DNA of 64,000 bases from an uncultured delta proteobacterium (GCA_963796685.1 CAWCMR010000006.1:64001-128000), one strand, 5' to 3'; counted from the first letter of the stretch, positions 33,360 to 43,248 are shown. The notes: generated by a model from the sequence alone, not told the origin. Numbers and translations: made by a program.

Positions 33360-34466
33360 ATGATGGCGCGAATTCGTGGCCGGCTGTTGGAGATGCACAG
33401 CTCGCGAGCATGGCTTGGCGTGTTTTTGTCGGCGACAGTATTACTGGTGGTGCTGCCGCTTTCCAACGCACTGATACCGGCGAGATCGGCGCTCCACCTC
33501 CCCGACTACTTGGTCCCGCTGCTCGGCAAGTTTCTGTGCTTTGGACTTGCCGCCTTGGCCGTGGATCTCATCTGGGGATTCGCGGGAATTCTTAGCCTCG
33601 GTCACGGGCTCTTCTTCGCGCTCGGCGGCTATGCCATGGGGATGTACCTCATGCGCTCCATCGCCGGAGAGGGTGTCTATCGAAGCGCGCTGCCGGACTT
33701 CATGGTGTTCCTGGACTGGAAGAGCTTGCCTTGGTACTGGCATGGATTCGAGCACTTCGCCTTTGCCGTGGCGGCGGCCCTTATCGGCCCGGGCTTGCTT
33801 GCATTCGTCTTCGGCTACTTTGCATTTCGCTCGAAGATCAAGGGCGTCTACTTCGCCATCGTCACCCAGGCGCTGACCTACGCGGCGATGTTGCTCTTCT
33901 TCCAGAATGCCGCCGGATTCGGCGGCAACAATGGCTTGACCGATTTCAAACACATCCTCGGACACTCGCTGCGGGCGCCCTCGACCCGGCTGGCGTTGTA
34001 CGTGGCTTCCGGATTGGCGTTGCTGCTCGGATACCTGGCATGCCGCTACGTCGTCACCAGCAAGTATGGGCGCGTGCTCACGGCCATTCGCGATGCCGAG
34101 CTCAAGGCCCGCTTCTGTGGCTACGAATCCACGCACTTCAAACTGTTCGCTTGGACATTCTCGGCCATGTTGTGCGCCCTGGCCGGTGCCCTGTATGTCC
34201 CGCAAGTAGGGATCATCAATCCCAGCGAGATGCAGCCATCGAATTCGATCGAGATGGCCATCTGGGTGGCCGTGGGTGGCCGTGGCAGCCTGGCCGGCGC
34301 GGTGCTCGGCGCCTGGCTCATCAACGGCGGCAAGAGCTGGCTCACCGCTGCGTTTCCGTCGGCGTGGCTCTACGTCCTTGGGGCGCTTTTCATCCTGGTG
34401 ACGCTGTTTCTGCCCAAAGGCCTGGCAGGGGTATGGTCGAACCTGGCGAGGCGCAGGGGAAAGTGA
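33360..34466 (+). CDS. urtC: Urea ABC transporter permease
   Basis: LSLGHGLFFALGGYAMGMYL, LPDFMVFL, GVYFAIVTQA, GGNNGLTDF, PQVGIINP. Confidence 0.93.
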   Translation: MMARIRGRLLEMHSSRAWLGVFLSATVLLVVLPLSNALIPARSALHLPDYLVPLLGKFLCFGLAALAVDLIWGFAGILSLGHGLFFALGGYAMGMYLMRSIAGEGVYRSALPDFMVFLDWKSLPWYWHGFEHFAFAVAAALIGPGLLAFVFGYFAFRSKIKGVYFAIVTQALTYAAMLLFFQNAAGFGGNNGLTDFKHILGHSLRAPSTRLALYVASGLALLLGYLACRYVVTSKYGRVLTAIRDAELKARFCGYESTHFKLFAWTFSAMLCALAGALYVPQVGIINPSEMQPSNSIEMAIWVAVGGRGSLAGAVLGAWLINGGKSWLTAAFPSAWLYVLGALFILVTLFLPKGLAGVWSNLARRRGK

Positions 34467-35347
34467 TGCGCGACGGAAGAGAGAGCTTCGTCGTCGGCGG
34501 CCTCCGTCGCGCCGGGTCTTCGGCCAAGGCCCTCGGCTTGGCCGGGGACGTCGCGTCGCCGCCCATCCAGGCAGAGTCGTCGCTGCACGCTTCGACTTCC
34601 AAGCACGCCAAGCTCGTACTCTGGGTGGAAGAGGTCACGGTGAGCTTCGACGGCTTCAAGGCGCTCGACGATTTGACCTTGACCCTGGAACGGGGCGAGC
34701 TTCGCTGCATCATCGGTCCCAACGGCGCTGGCAAGACCACGCTCATGGACGTCATCACGGGAAAGACCCGGCCGGATCATGGCGCGGTCTATCTGGAAAA
34801 CCGCCTGGTGGACTTGACGGCGCTGTCCGAGCGCGAGATTGCGGCACTCGGCATAGGACGCAAGTTTCAACGGCCGACCGTCTTCGGCGGCCACACGGTA
34901 CACGAGAACTGCGAGCTCGCGTTGCGCGGAAACAAGGGTGTCTTCCATAGCCTGTTCGGACGCATGTCCAAGGCCGAGCGCGAGCGCATCGACGAGGTGC
35001 TCGAAACGGTGGGGCTATCGGACCGGCGGCACGAGAGAGCCGGGCTCCTGGCCCATGGGCACAAGCAGTGGCTGGAGATTGGAATGCTGCTGGCCCAGGA
35101 GCCGAAGGTCCTGCTCGTGGACGAGCCGGTGGCGGGAATGAACCACGTCGAGATGGAGCGGACGGCCGCGCTGCTCAATCGCTTGGCGGGCGAGCACACC
35201 GTGGTGGTCGTGGAGCACGACATGGAATTCATCCGTCAGATCGCGCGCCAGGTGACGGTCTTGCACGAGGGCAGGGTGCTCGCGGAAGGTCCGATGGAGA
35301 AGATCCAGAACGACCCGCGGGTCATCGAAGTGTATCTGGGGGCCTGA
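34466..35347 (+). CDS. urtD: Urea ABC transporter ATPase
   Basis: GPNGAGKTT, GIGRKFQRP, HGHKQWLEIGM, DEPVAGM, VIEVYLG. Confidence 0.93.
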   Translation: MRDGRESFVVGGLRRAGSSAKALGLAGDVASPPIQAESSLHASTSKHAKLVLWVEEVTVSFDGFKALDDLTLTLERGELRCIIGPNGAGKTTLMDVITGKTRPDHGAVYLENRLVDLTALSEREIAALGIGRKFQRPTVFGGHTVHENCELALRGNKGVFHSLFGRMSKAERERIDEVLETVGLSDRRHERAGLLAHGHKQWLEIGMLLAQEPKVLLVDEPVAGMNHVEMERTAALLNRLAGEHTVVVVEHDMEFIRQIARQVTVLHEGRVLAEGPMEKIQNDPRVIEVYLGA

Positions 35348-35348
35348 C

Positions 35349-36068
35349 ATGCTCGAAATCACCGGCATCAATCAATACTACGGCGAAAGTCACACGCTAT
35401 GGGACACGCGACTGGAGGTGCCCGCGGGCGGGTGCACGTGTCTCATGGGGCGCAATGGGGTCGGCAAGACGACGTTGCTCAAGGTCATCATGGGGCTTCT
35501 GCCCGTCCGGGACGGGCGGATTCAGTTCGGCGAGCAGGACTTGGCGGGCCGGCGCGCCGAGGTGCGGGCGCGGCTGGGCATCGGCTACGTGCCGCAAGGC
35601 CGCGAGATCTTTCCACAGTTGACCGTCGAGGAGAATCTGAGCATCGGCTTGCCCGCGCGGGCTTCGCGCGAAAGGCCCAAGGGCGAAAAGAGCAAGCAGG
35701 ACGTCTTCGAGCGCATCTTCGACCTGTTTCCGGTGCTCAAGAAGATGCTTTACCGACGGGGTGGCGATCTTTCGGGCGGCCAGCAACAACAACTTGCCAT
35801 CGGGCGTGCTTTGGCCGTCGATCCCAAGCTGTTGATCCTGGACGAGCCCACGGAAGGCATTCAGCCCAATGTTGTCCACGACATAGGCGACGTCATCATG
35901 CGCCTCAATCAGGAGGCCGGCATTGCCGTGCTGCTGGTCGAACAGAAGCTACCTTTCGCCCGCCGGGTGTCGCGAAACTTCTGCATCATGGACCGCGGAC
36001 GAACGGTTGCCGCGGGGGCCATGTCCGACCTCGGCGACGATCTCGTCCGCCAACACCTGACGGTGTAG
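35349..36068 (+). CDS. urtE: Urea ABC transporter ATPase
   Basis: YYGESH, GRNGVGKTT, YVPQGREIF, LSGGQQQQ, DEPTEGIQP. Confidence 0.94.
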   Translation: MLEITGINQYYGESHTLWDTRLEVPAGGCTCLMGRNGVGKTTLLKVIMGLLPVRDGRIQFGEQDLAGRRAEVRARLGIGYVPQGREIFPQLTVEENLSIGLPARASRERPKGEKSKQDVFERIFDLFPVLKKMLYRRGGDLSGGQQQQLAIGRALAVDPKLLILDEPTEGIQPNVVHDIGDVIMRLNQEAGIAVLLVEQKLPFARRVSRNFCIMDRGRTVAAGAMSDLGDDLVRQHLTV

Positions 36069-36090
36069 GGGCGGGTTTCAAACCCGCCCC
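36065..36090. repeat. GTAG-headed REP-like palindrome, possibly a bidirectional terminator between urtE and the permease
   Basis: GTAG overlapping GGGGCGGGTTT-C-AAACCCGCCCC (perfect 11-bp IR, 36068-36090). Confidence 0.65.
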
Positions 36091-36102
36091 TCTGTCCGGT
36101 TG

Positions 36103-37743
36103 CTACCCCACTGGCTCTCGATGAAGCGCAACCGCCGCGGGGGCAAGGACCGCGTGGGCAACCTCGGCGCCGCCCGACTCCTCGAGCGGCAGAACCGCCT
36201 TGGGCACGGCCACGGCGAACTTGGAACATGCGAGCAGAAGGGCGCCCACGGCCAGATAGCTCGCGGCCACCACCGGCGTCTGGCCGAAACCGATCGCCTC
36301 TCCGTGCATGAAGCCGAAGAAGGTCAAGGTGGCGCCGACGAGCGAGAAGGCCGCGGCCTTCTTGAAGTTGCGATCGATGATGAAGACGCCGATGGCGCCC
36401 AAGACCAACCCCGCGAGAATGGACCCTCCGCCCAGCACCGCCAGGCCGTGGTAGAGCACGCCGTTTTGGCCCAGTTTGTCCAGACCCACGGTGGCGGCGT
36501 TGGTGCCCGCGGCGATGAGGGAATTGTCGATTTGCAGCTTGCCCCAGGCCGCCACGTGGGGCGTAAGGGCAAGGATGATGGCAGGGGCATGACTCTTCGG
36601 CGTTTCCTGGAAGGCCTGTGAGCCGATGAGCATGCCGATGTAGAGAAGAATGGGAGAGATGGCCACGACCGGGATGACCGACACCATCAGGGAAATGATC
36701 CCGAACCACGACAACACGATCACCGCTATCCCGGTCGCGGCCGAATAGCCGATACGCCCGCCCATCGCCTTCCATCCTGGATGTCCGATGTAGACGGCGT
36801 TGATGAAGGGGTTACCCATCAAGCAACCGATGAGACTGACCACGCCGTCCGCGGTCAACACGCGCGTGGTGGGGAAGCTGTCGCCGGCCACGGCGGCGCT
36901 CTCTACATTGTCGATGGCCTCGACCAGGTCGTAGATACCGAAGGGGATCGCCGTGACCAGGATGACGCCCAGGAACTTGAAGCCGGAAAAGACGTGCCCG
37001 ACGGCTGGAATGGGAAAGGCGAAGCCGAAGTTCTGGAAGGACTCCCTGACCTTGGCCAGGCTCATTCCGCCGTAGTCCAGCCCGAAGGCGTTCGATCCCC
37101 ACGCGATGAGGGTACCCACGGCGATGGCCACCAAGCCCGCCGGGATGCCGCGGAAGTAGCGTACACCCCCGAACCAGCTGACCAGGATGACGGCGAAGCA
37201 CACGATGCCGATGACCGGGGTCATGAACATTTCCAGCGCGGGCCTCATCGAGATGAAGGCAATCGACACGCCGGCGAGCGTGCCGAGCAGCGCCGCCCGG
37301 GGCGTGATCTTGCGAATCACGGGCGCCACGAAACCGCCAACCATCAGGACGAAGCTCTGAATGAAGACCCACGTCAAGCCCGCTTCCCAGCCCTTGACGG
37401 GATCCCCCGTCTTGCTGGCGATGGGCAGCATGATGACGAAGGTGACCACGAACATGTGGGGCACGCTGATCCCAGAGGGCAGGGCGCACACGTCCTTGCG
37501 GCCGGTTTTGGCCGCGAGCTTGTAGGCCAGCCGCGCGTAGTAGAGCGTGCTCAGGCAGAGCATGAGTCCGGTCGCCGGCAGGATGCGCCCGAACACGAGG
37601 TGGTCGGGCATCTTGAGGACAAAGCGTAACAGGCCGGTCAGGACCAGCAGGTTGACGAGAATATTCGTTCCGAAACCAAAGAAGGCATTCCAGTCTCCGG
37701 GGGTCCAGAGGCGTGGTTTTGCGGGACTTACGGTGGTGTGCAT
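36103..37743 (-). CDS. NCS2/AzgA-like permease, candidate triuret/biuret importer
   Basis: Many TM segments; WTPGDWNAFFG, ALPSGISVPH, NVESAAVAGD, VYIGHPGWKAMGGR; directly downstream of trtA. Confidence 0.8.
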   Translation of the reverse strand: MHTTVSPAKPRLWTPGDWNAFFGFGTNILVNLLVLTGLLRFVLKMPDHLVFGRILPATGLMLCLSTLYYARLAYKLAAKTGRKDVCALPSGISVPHMFVVTFVIMLPIASKTGDPVKGWEAGLTWVFIQSFVLMVGGFVAPVIRKITPRAALLGTLAGVSIAFISMRPALEMFMTPVIGIVCFAVILVSWFGGVRYFRGIPAGLVAIAVGTLIAWGSNAFGLDYGGMSLAKVRESFQNFGFAFPIPAVGHVFSGFKFLGVILVTAIPFGIYDLVEAIDNVESAAVAGDSFPTTRVLTADGVVSLIGCLMGNPFINAVYIGHPGWKAMGGRIGYSAATGIAVIVLSWFGIISLMVSVIPVVAISPILLYIGMLIGSQAFQETPKSHAPAIILALTPHVAAWGKLQIDNSLIAAGTNAATVGLDKLGQNGVLYHGLAVLGGGSILAGLVLGAIGVFIIDRNFKKAAAFSLVGATLTFFGFMHGEAIGFGQTPVVAASYLAVGALLLACSKFAVAVPKAVLPLEESGGAEVAHAVLAPAAVALHREPVG

Positions 37744-37795
37744 GATTTCTCCCTTGTCGACGTGATGGGACCTTTCATTGTCGTGTTCACGACCT

Positions 37796-38464
37796 TCACG
37801 CAATCGCGGTCAATACGCTGGCCGAGTCGGTGACCCAGCCGAAGATTCCTCCTTGAGCTTTGATCATTCGCAACCCGACTTCGTGAAACTCGGGGAAGTA
37901 CGAGCCGCAACAGTCGCTGGGCACGAGGCAACGGTAGCCGCGATCGTTGGCCTCGCGCACCGTCGTGTGGACGCAGACCTCGGTCGTCACGCCACAGACG
38001 ATCAGGTTCTCGATTTGGCGGTTCTGCAGGATCGAGTGCAGATCGGTCGCGTAGAAGGCGCCCTTGCCCGGCTTGTCCACCACCGGTTCGCCTGGCTTCG
38101 GGTATAGGGCAGGCACGATGTCGTGTCCGGGCTCGCCCCGGACGAGAATGCGCCCCATGGGCCCAAGCGCACCGATACGCATGCTGGGTACGCCCCGTTC
38201 CACCTTGGCCTTGGGGGCGTCGGACAGATCCGGACGATGGCCCTCGCGGGTATGAACAATCAGCATGCCCCGCTTGCGCGCACCCGCGAGCAGCGCCTTG
38301 CAGGGTTCGACGGCGGCGTTCAGCAGGGAGACTTTGTTCCCCAGGGTCTCTCCGAATCCGCCCGGTTCGAGAAAATCACGCTGCATATCGATGATGAGGA
38401 CCGCGGTCCGGTCGATGTCGATGGGGACGGCTTCGGGTTCGGCGCTGACGACGGTTGTGGCCAT
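37796..38464 (-). CDS. trtA: Triuret hydrolase (cysteine hydrolase)
   Basis: DMQRDFLEPGGFGETLGN, GPMGRIL, GVTTEVC, GSYFPEFH, AQGGIFGW; TrtA-type rather than BiuH-type residues as recalled. Confidence 0.78.
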   Translation of the reverse strand: MATTVVSAEPEAVPIDIDRTAVLIIDMQRDFLEPGGFGETLGNKVSLLNAAVEPCKALLAGARKRGMLIVHTREGHRPDLSDAPKAKVERGVPSMRIGALGPMGRILVRGEPGHDIVPALYPKPGEPVVDKPGKGAFYATDLHSILQNRQIENLIVCGVTTEVCVHTTVREANDRGYRCLVPSDCCGSYFPEFHEVGLRMIKAQGGIFGWVTDSASVLTAIA

Positions 38465-38529
38465 GGTTTCGGCTCCCTCGTAATGAGGACTAGCCTGGTC
38501 CGCAATTGGTTTCGTCGGCTTTTCGGTGC

Positions 38530-38543
38530 CGTAAATTTACGAC
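38530..38543. promoter_or_regulatory. Palindrome CGTAAATTTACG overlapping GTCGTAAAT, upstream of trtA
   Basis: Perfect 12-bp AT-cored palindrome (38530-38541), 66 bp upstream of the trtA ATG. Confidence 0.5.
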
Positions 38544-38709
38544 GAAGTCTCGTTGTGCAGGGAGACGCGGCAATAGAGCGTCTCGTTTCTTGCCCGCGGG
38601 AATGCCAGCCGGTAAAGCGAGCGCCAATTGCGGGTTTCCGGAAAGTTACTTTTTCGACCTGAGCTTCATGCAAGTTGCTCTATCTGGATCCCCGAGCAGG
38701 ATAGTTGCC

Positions 38710-38985
38710 ATGGATGACCTGATCCGAGCGCGCTCGCAAAATAGAAGGCAACACCCACTGCCCAGTCGCACCTTTGGTACGGAGGCGCGCCGCAGGCTAC
38801 GCCCGGGGCGATGGCATTCGGGCCGAAATCGACCTGGCGGCGAGCACGCGTCTTTCGAGTTTGCAGAATGCGTGGTGGAGAGCGCCGGGCTGGGACGGCG
38901 CATGCTCACGCTCGTCGTCTTTGCTATCGGCGCCTGTCTGGTCCTCTTCGCCTACGCATCTATCCTGGGAGCCGGGAGACTCTAG
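38710..38985 (+). CDS. Small hypothetical protein with C-terminal TM helix
   Basis: MDDLIRAR...MLTLVVFAIGACLVLFAYASILG; AGGA upstream; stop overlaps the neighbouring stop. Confidence 0.4.
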   Translation: MDDLIRARSQNRRQHPLPSRTFGTEARRRLRPGRWHSGRNRPGGEHASFEFAECVVESAGLGRRMLTLVVFAIGACLVLFAYASILGAGRL

Positions 38986-39681
38986 AAGTCTTCTCCCAGC
39001 CGATCGATCTGCGCGTAGGCGAAGCGCAGCCAAACCTTGATTCTTTGCCGGTCTGCCCAACTGAAGGCGCCCCCGGCAAAGCTCGGATTGTTGGCGGCGG
39101 CCCAGTAGCTGGCATCATGGCGGTCCATCTTCTGCATGGCCGAGGCCTGGAGCTTCCGGCAACTCGAGGACCATTGCCCCCAGCGCACCGGCCTTGGTGC
39201 TCGTCGTGGACTGATCGAAGAGCGAGAAATCCTTGCCACGACCCAGATTCTTCACGGCGCAGACTCGGGCCGAGGCGCCGTAGCGCTCGAGAAGCCGATC
39301 GAGCGTCAGAACGGAATCCTTGCCGTCGTCCATGACATGCCAGAACACGACGCCGACGCCGCTTTCACGCGCCAGCTCCAACACCGCCACATCCGCGATC
39401 CATCTCGACAGCGGACGATCGCTCTGAGCCGGCAAATCGACCAGCACGCGACGATCGGTTTCGGTGGCCAAGGTCAAGATTTCGTCGGCGCTGTCCGGGC
39501 GTTCCAGGTCGACGGGCCGGGTGTATTCCGCGTAGTGTCGCAGGAGCGCGCCGTGCGAGGCATCCGCATCCAGCGCCTGAAACGGCAGCCCACGGTCGAT
39601 CAGATACTGCGCGCACAGGCGAGCCACCACCGACTTGCCGACGCCACCCTTTTCGCCGCCGATGAAGTGAATCTTGCTCAT
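38982..39681 (-). CDS. ParA/MinD-like P-loop ATPase (MobD-like family); +1 frameshift near 39151
   Basis: IHFIGGEKGGVGKS, LVDLPAQ; C-terminus MQKMDRHDASYWAA...RQRIKVWL in the shifted frame. Confidence 0.75.
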
Positions 39682-39783
39682 GAGATGGCGACGACCATAC
39701 CCGCCATCGGGTTTCGCGCGTGCAACGTCTTGGTTTCGTTTGGTCGCGGACGGGCCCGCGGCGGCAAGCAGGGGCCCGACGAT

Positions 39784-40755
39784 TCAGGCGGCGGATGGCT
39801 CGTCGACAGCCACCTTCTCGACGATTCCCTCGTCATGATCGTCGGCTGGCAGGGTCGCGAGCAGTGCGCGGGCCAGGTTGCGGAAGGTGGCCGCGTCCTT
39901 GGTGTCCGGGTCGAGCGCCAGGGGCCGCCGGTTGTTGACGGATTCATGAATCGTCGTCGAAGAGCGCAGCCAACCGAGGACGGGAATTTTCACACCGAGG
40001 TAATCGTGCATGGTGTGGGCCACGGCTGCGAAGACGCCGGTGTGTGCGACCTTGAATACCTGATTGCCGACCATGTAGGCGCCAAAGCGTTCGAGCTCGG
40101 TGAAGACCTTGTCGGCCAATTGTGGACGCGTCTCGCGCAGGCGGGCCAGGATCTCCACCACCTTCTCCGTGCTCGTGCTCAGCGTGGCCGGTTCGAGCAG
40201 GGCCGCGTCGATGGCCTCTTCCACGTTGTGGCGCAAGAGGCGCAGCACGGCGCTCTTGAGAAACGCGTAGGCATCGTGAAGCGCGGTCACCTGCGGCGTG
40301 GTCACGAGCAGCTTGCGTACGCCGAGGTCGAAGAAATCGAGGGCGTTGTACCCCACGCCGGCGCCCACGTCGACGACGATGACGTCTGCCTCCAGGGCGC
40401 GCAGCTTGCGCAGGAGGGAAACCTTCTGCGCATGGGTGATGTTGGCGGCCCCTAGCACGCCGCTCGTACCGGCCAGCAGCCGCAGGTTGGGCACTTGGGT
40501 CTCGGTCAGGCAGCTCTTGGCGTCCTTCACAGACTTGTCGAGCAGGTCCTGAAGCCCCACCGCCGGGTTGGGCAAGCCGAGGAGGAGATGCTGGTTGGCG
40601 GCGCCGAGATCCATGTCGGCGATCACCACGCGATGGCCGTCTTGCGCCAGAGAGGCCGCGAGGTTGAGCGCGATGATGCTCTTGCCCACTCCGCCCTTAC
40701 CACCACCGACGGTCATGATGCACGATCGGGCTGCTCGTTGCGGCGCGATGCTCAT
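39784..40755 (-). CDS. MinD/FlhG(FleN)-family ATPase
   Basis: GGGKGGVGKS, DMDLGAANQH, VDVGAG, DAYAFLK. Confidence 0.85.
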   Translation of the reverse strand: MSIAPQRAARSCIMTVGGGKGGVGKSIIALNLAASLAQDGHRVVIADMDLGAANQHLLLGLPNPAVGLQDLLDKSVKDAKSCLTETQVPNLRLLAGTSGVLGAANITHAQKVSLLRKLRALEADVIVVDVGAGVGYNALDFFDLGVRKLLVTTPQVTALHDAYAFLKSAVLRLLRHNVEEAIDAALLEPATLSTSTEKVVEILARLRETRPQLADKVFTELERFGAYMVGNQVFKVAHTGVFAAVAHTMHDYLGVKIPVLGWLRSSTTIHESVNNRRPLALDPDTKDAATFRNLARALLATLPADDHDEGIVEKVAVDEPSAA

Positions 40756-40909
40756 TGCACTATTCCGACCTACCTATCGGAGGTTGGTGCAGCTCGCTTG
40801 AGGAGGTCACCGGAACGAAGTCCTGGAACCTTCTGCTCGAGTGGGCGTCCCGTAACTTGTCGAAACTCTTGCAGTTCGAGATATGACACGAGGAGCTGTA
40901 AGAGAATTC

Positions 40910-43165
40910 ATGCTCTTAAACCCGGCCACCGAGCCTCATACAGGCATGGGACACTCGCCAGCGCGCAAGGAGACGCCCCGAGATGGCGCGAGAACCACTC
41001 GCACCTGCCTCGAGTGCGGTCAGGTCGTGACCGGCACCCTGGACCGTTGTCCCCACGATGGGACACGGCTTCTCTTGGCCAAGGCCACGCTTCGCGTTGG
41101 CACACGCGTCGGAGGGTACGAGATTGGGAGCGTCATCGGCGAGGGCGGGACAGGGATCGTCTACCGCGGGCGCGACGTCTCGCACGTCTCCGATGACAGG
41201 CCCGTCGCCATCAAGGTGCTGCACGACCGGGGCGTTCGTGACAAGGACGTCGTGGAGCAGTTCATCGGCGAGGGCAGGGCCACCCGCGGCATCCGCCACC
41301 CCAACGTCATCGAGGTGCTCGACCTCGGTACCACACCCGACGGCGCGCCCTTTCTCGTGATGGAGTACCTGGAAGGGGAGAGCCTGCGCAACCGTCTGCA
41401 CTCGGCTTCGCGCCTGCCGCTCTTCGAAGCCATCAACATTCTCAGGCAGGTGGCACGCGGGCTGGGCGCGGCGCACGAGGCGGGCATCGTCCACGGCGCG
41501 CTCAAGCCGGCCGACATCTTCCTGTGCAAGCGCGCGGGCCGACGTCGCATCGTTCGTCGCAGCAAGGCGCACGGCATGCGTCTGGTGGTCGAGCCCGAGG
41601 AGAGCTTCGACCTGGTGAAGCTGCTCGATTTCGGGATGGCCAGGTTCCTCGACCTGGCTCCCGGCGCGCAGCCTCGGGCCGGGGCGGTGTCCGGCACGCT
41701 TCACTACCTGTCGCCCGAACAAGTCCAAGGGCAGCCCCCAGGCCAGCAGAGCGACATCTATTCCTTGGGCGTCGTGTTCTACGAGATGATCACCGGGACG
41801 GTCCCGTTCGCTGGCGAAACGCTGCTCGACATCCTCAGGGGGCACGTGTCGGGCCAGGTCATCACGCCCAGTCGCCGCACCCCTGGGGCCGGCATCCATA
41901 TGCGCATCGACGAATTGATCCTGAGGTGCCTGAAGAAGAATCCGATGCTGCGGTTCGCCAGCACCGGCGAGCTGTGCGAGGCACTCGACGGTTGCATCAC
42001 CGACCGCGCCTTCCTGCGGGACGCGCATCGCCTGTCGGGAATCACGGAGTCGGGCATCGATCTGTCGCAAGCCTCGCCCGAGGCGCGCCATGAGCCGGCG
42101 CGATCCGTGGAAAAGCCAGCGGCAGCGCCGGTGGCTGGGATGCCCGCGGTAGGGTCGGTGGCAGAGAAGCCCGCGGCAGCGTCGCCGGCGCAGAAAACGG
42201 CGGTCACGCCCGTCGCGGAGAAACCAGTGTCGGTCCCGCAGAAGCCGGACCCGCTCGCCGAGATCCCCGCCGATGAGCGACCAACCTTGAGGATCGTCGA
42301 ACGTCCCGAGGCGATGGTCCCGGACGCGGACGAGCGCCCCGCGCACTTCAACTTGGAGGAAGACATCCTGCCCGTCTCGCGTTGGCCGCGGGCGATTGCC
42401 GTGGTGGGGGTGCTTTTGCTCGGTGGCGTCGGGATCGCGATTTGGGCCTCGCACAGCGGCTCGGCTCAGAGCGTGGCAAAGCCTGCCACTGCCCCGCGGC
42501 CGGCTCCGGTTGCTATGCCCGCGCCACCGCCGCCGCCACCTGCGGCAGCCGCAGCGACCGCGCCGGCTCCCACGCTCGCACCGTCGCCGCCGCACCTTGC
42601 GACCCCGCCGACGATGGCCCCGGTCGTCGCGCCCATCGCGCCCGCAAAGCAGACGGCCGCGCCGCCCAGCCTCGCACCCAACCCGCCCGCCGAGATGGCC
42701 AGGCCCGCGGCGCGTGGTCCGGACAAGCTCGCATCGTCCCGGCTCCGTCCGGCTCGGGCAAACGGCGCTCGCCGGACCCTACGGATGAGCCGCGCGTCCC
42801 CCGAGGCTGCGCCGCCTTCCGCCAAGCCAGTGCCTTTGCCCGAGACCGCGCCACGAGTGGGGAGCACGGCCACGACCGAAGGTCAGCCGACCTCGCCTGC
42901 GCCGGCCAACGCCGACGAGCTCGTGCACGGTGCCCAGCAGGCCTGGATGGGGGGACACTACGCCCTGGCAATCAGCAAGGCGCGGGCAGCGCTCAAGGCC
43001 GAGCCCAAGCCCGCGCAGGCTGCACAGGCCTACGAGATCATTGGGACCTCCTTGTGTGCGATTGGCGAGGCCGACGCCGCCCGCGAGGCTGCCTCCCATC
43101 TCGACGGCGCGAATCGCGAGCTGGTCAAGACAATGTGCGAGAAGACCGGGGTGAGGATCGAGTAA
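40910..43165 (+). CDS. Membrane-anchored Hanks-type Ser/Thr kinase homolog (probable pseudokinase)
   Basis: CxxC...CPHDG, GEGGTGIVY, VAIK, HPNVI, HGALKPAD, DFG, YLSPE, SDIYSLG; TM, Pro-rich linker, TPR-like end. Confidence 0.88.
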   Translation: MLLNPATEPHTGMGHSPARKETPRDGARTTRTCLECGQVVTGTLDRCPHDGTRLLLAKATLRVGTRVGGYEIGSVIGEGGTGIVYRGRDVSHVSDDRPVAIKVLHDRGVRDKDVVEQFIGEGRATRGIRHPNVIEVLDLGTTPDGAPFLVMEYLEGESLRNRLHSASRLPLFEAINILRQVARGLGAAHEAGIVHGALKPADIFLCKRAGRRRIVRRSKAHGMRLVVEPEESFDLVKLLDFGMARFLDLAPGAQPRAGAVSGTLHYLSPEQVQGQPPGQQSDIYSLGVVFYEMITGTVPFAGETLLDILRGHVSGQVITPSRRTPGAGIHMRIDELILRCLKKNPMLRFASTGELCEALDGCITDRAFLRDAHRLSGITESGIDLSQASPEARHEPARSVEKPAAAPVAGMPAVGSVAEKPAAASPAQKTAVTPVAEKPVSVPQKPDPLAEIPADERPTLRIVERPEAMVPDADERPAHFNLEEDILPVSRWPRAIAVVGVLLLGGVGIAIWASHSGSAQSVAKPATAPRPAPVAMPAPPPPPPAAAAATAPAPTLAPSPPHLATPPTMAPVVAPIAPAKQTAAPPSLAPNPPAEMARPAARGPDKLASSRLRPARANGARRTLRMSRASPEAAPPSAKPVPLPETAPRVGSTATTEGQPTSPAPANADELVHGAQQAWMGGHYALAISKARAALKAEPKPAQAAQAYEIIGTSLCAIGEADAAREAASHLDGANRELVKTMCEKTGVRIE

Positions 43166-43248
43166 GGGGTTCAAGCTTCCAGGGAACCGCTACCTCCAGG
43201 CGCTTTTCGTTGCTCCGCTCCGGGCGTCTGCCACAAACTACCCCGGAC

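Noticed and set aside
38560-38630. Sigma-54 promoter upstream of trtA
   Set aside because: TGGC candidates lack GC at the required GG-N10-GC spacing
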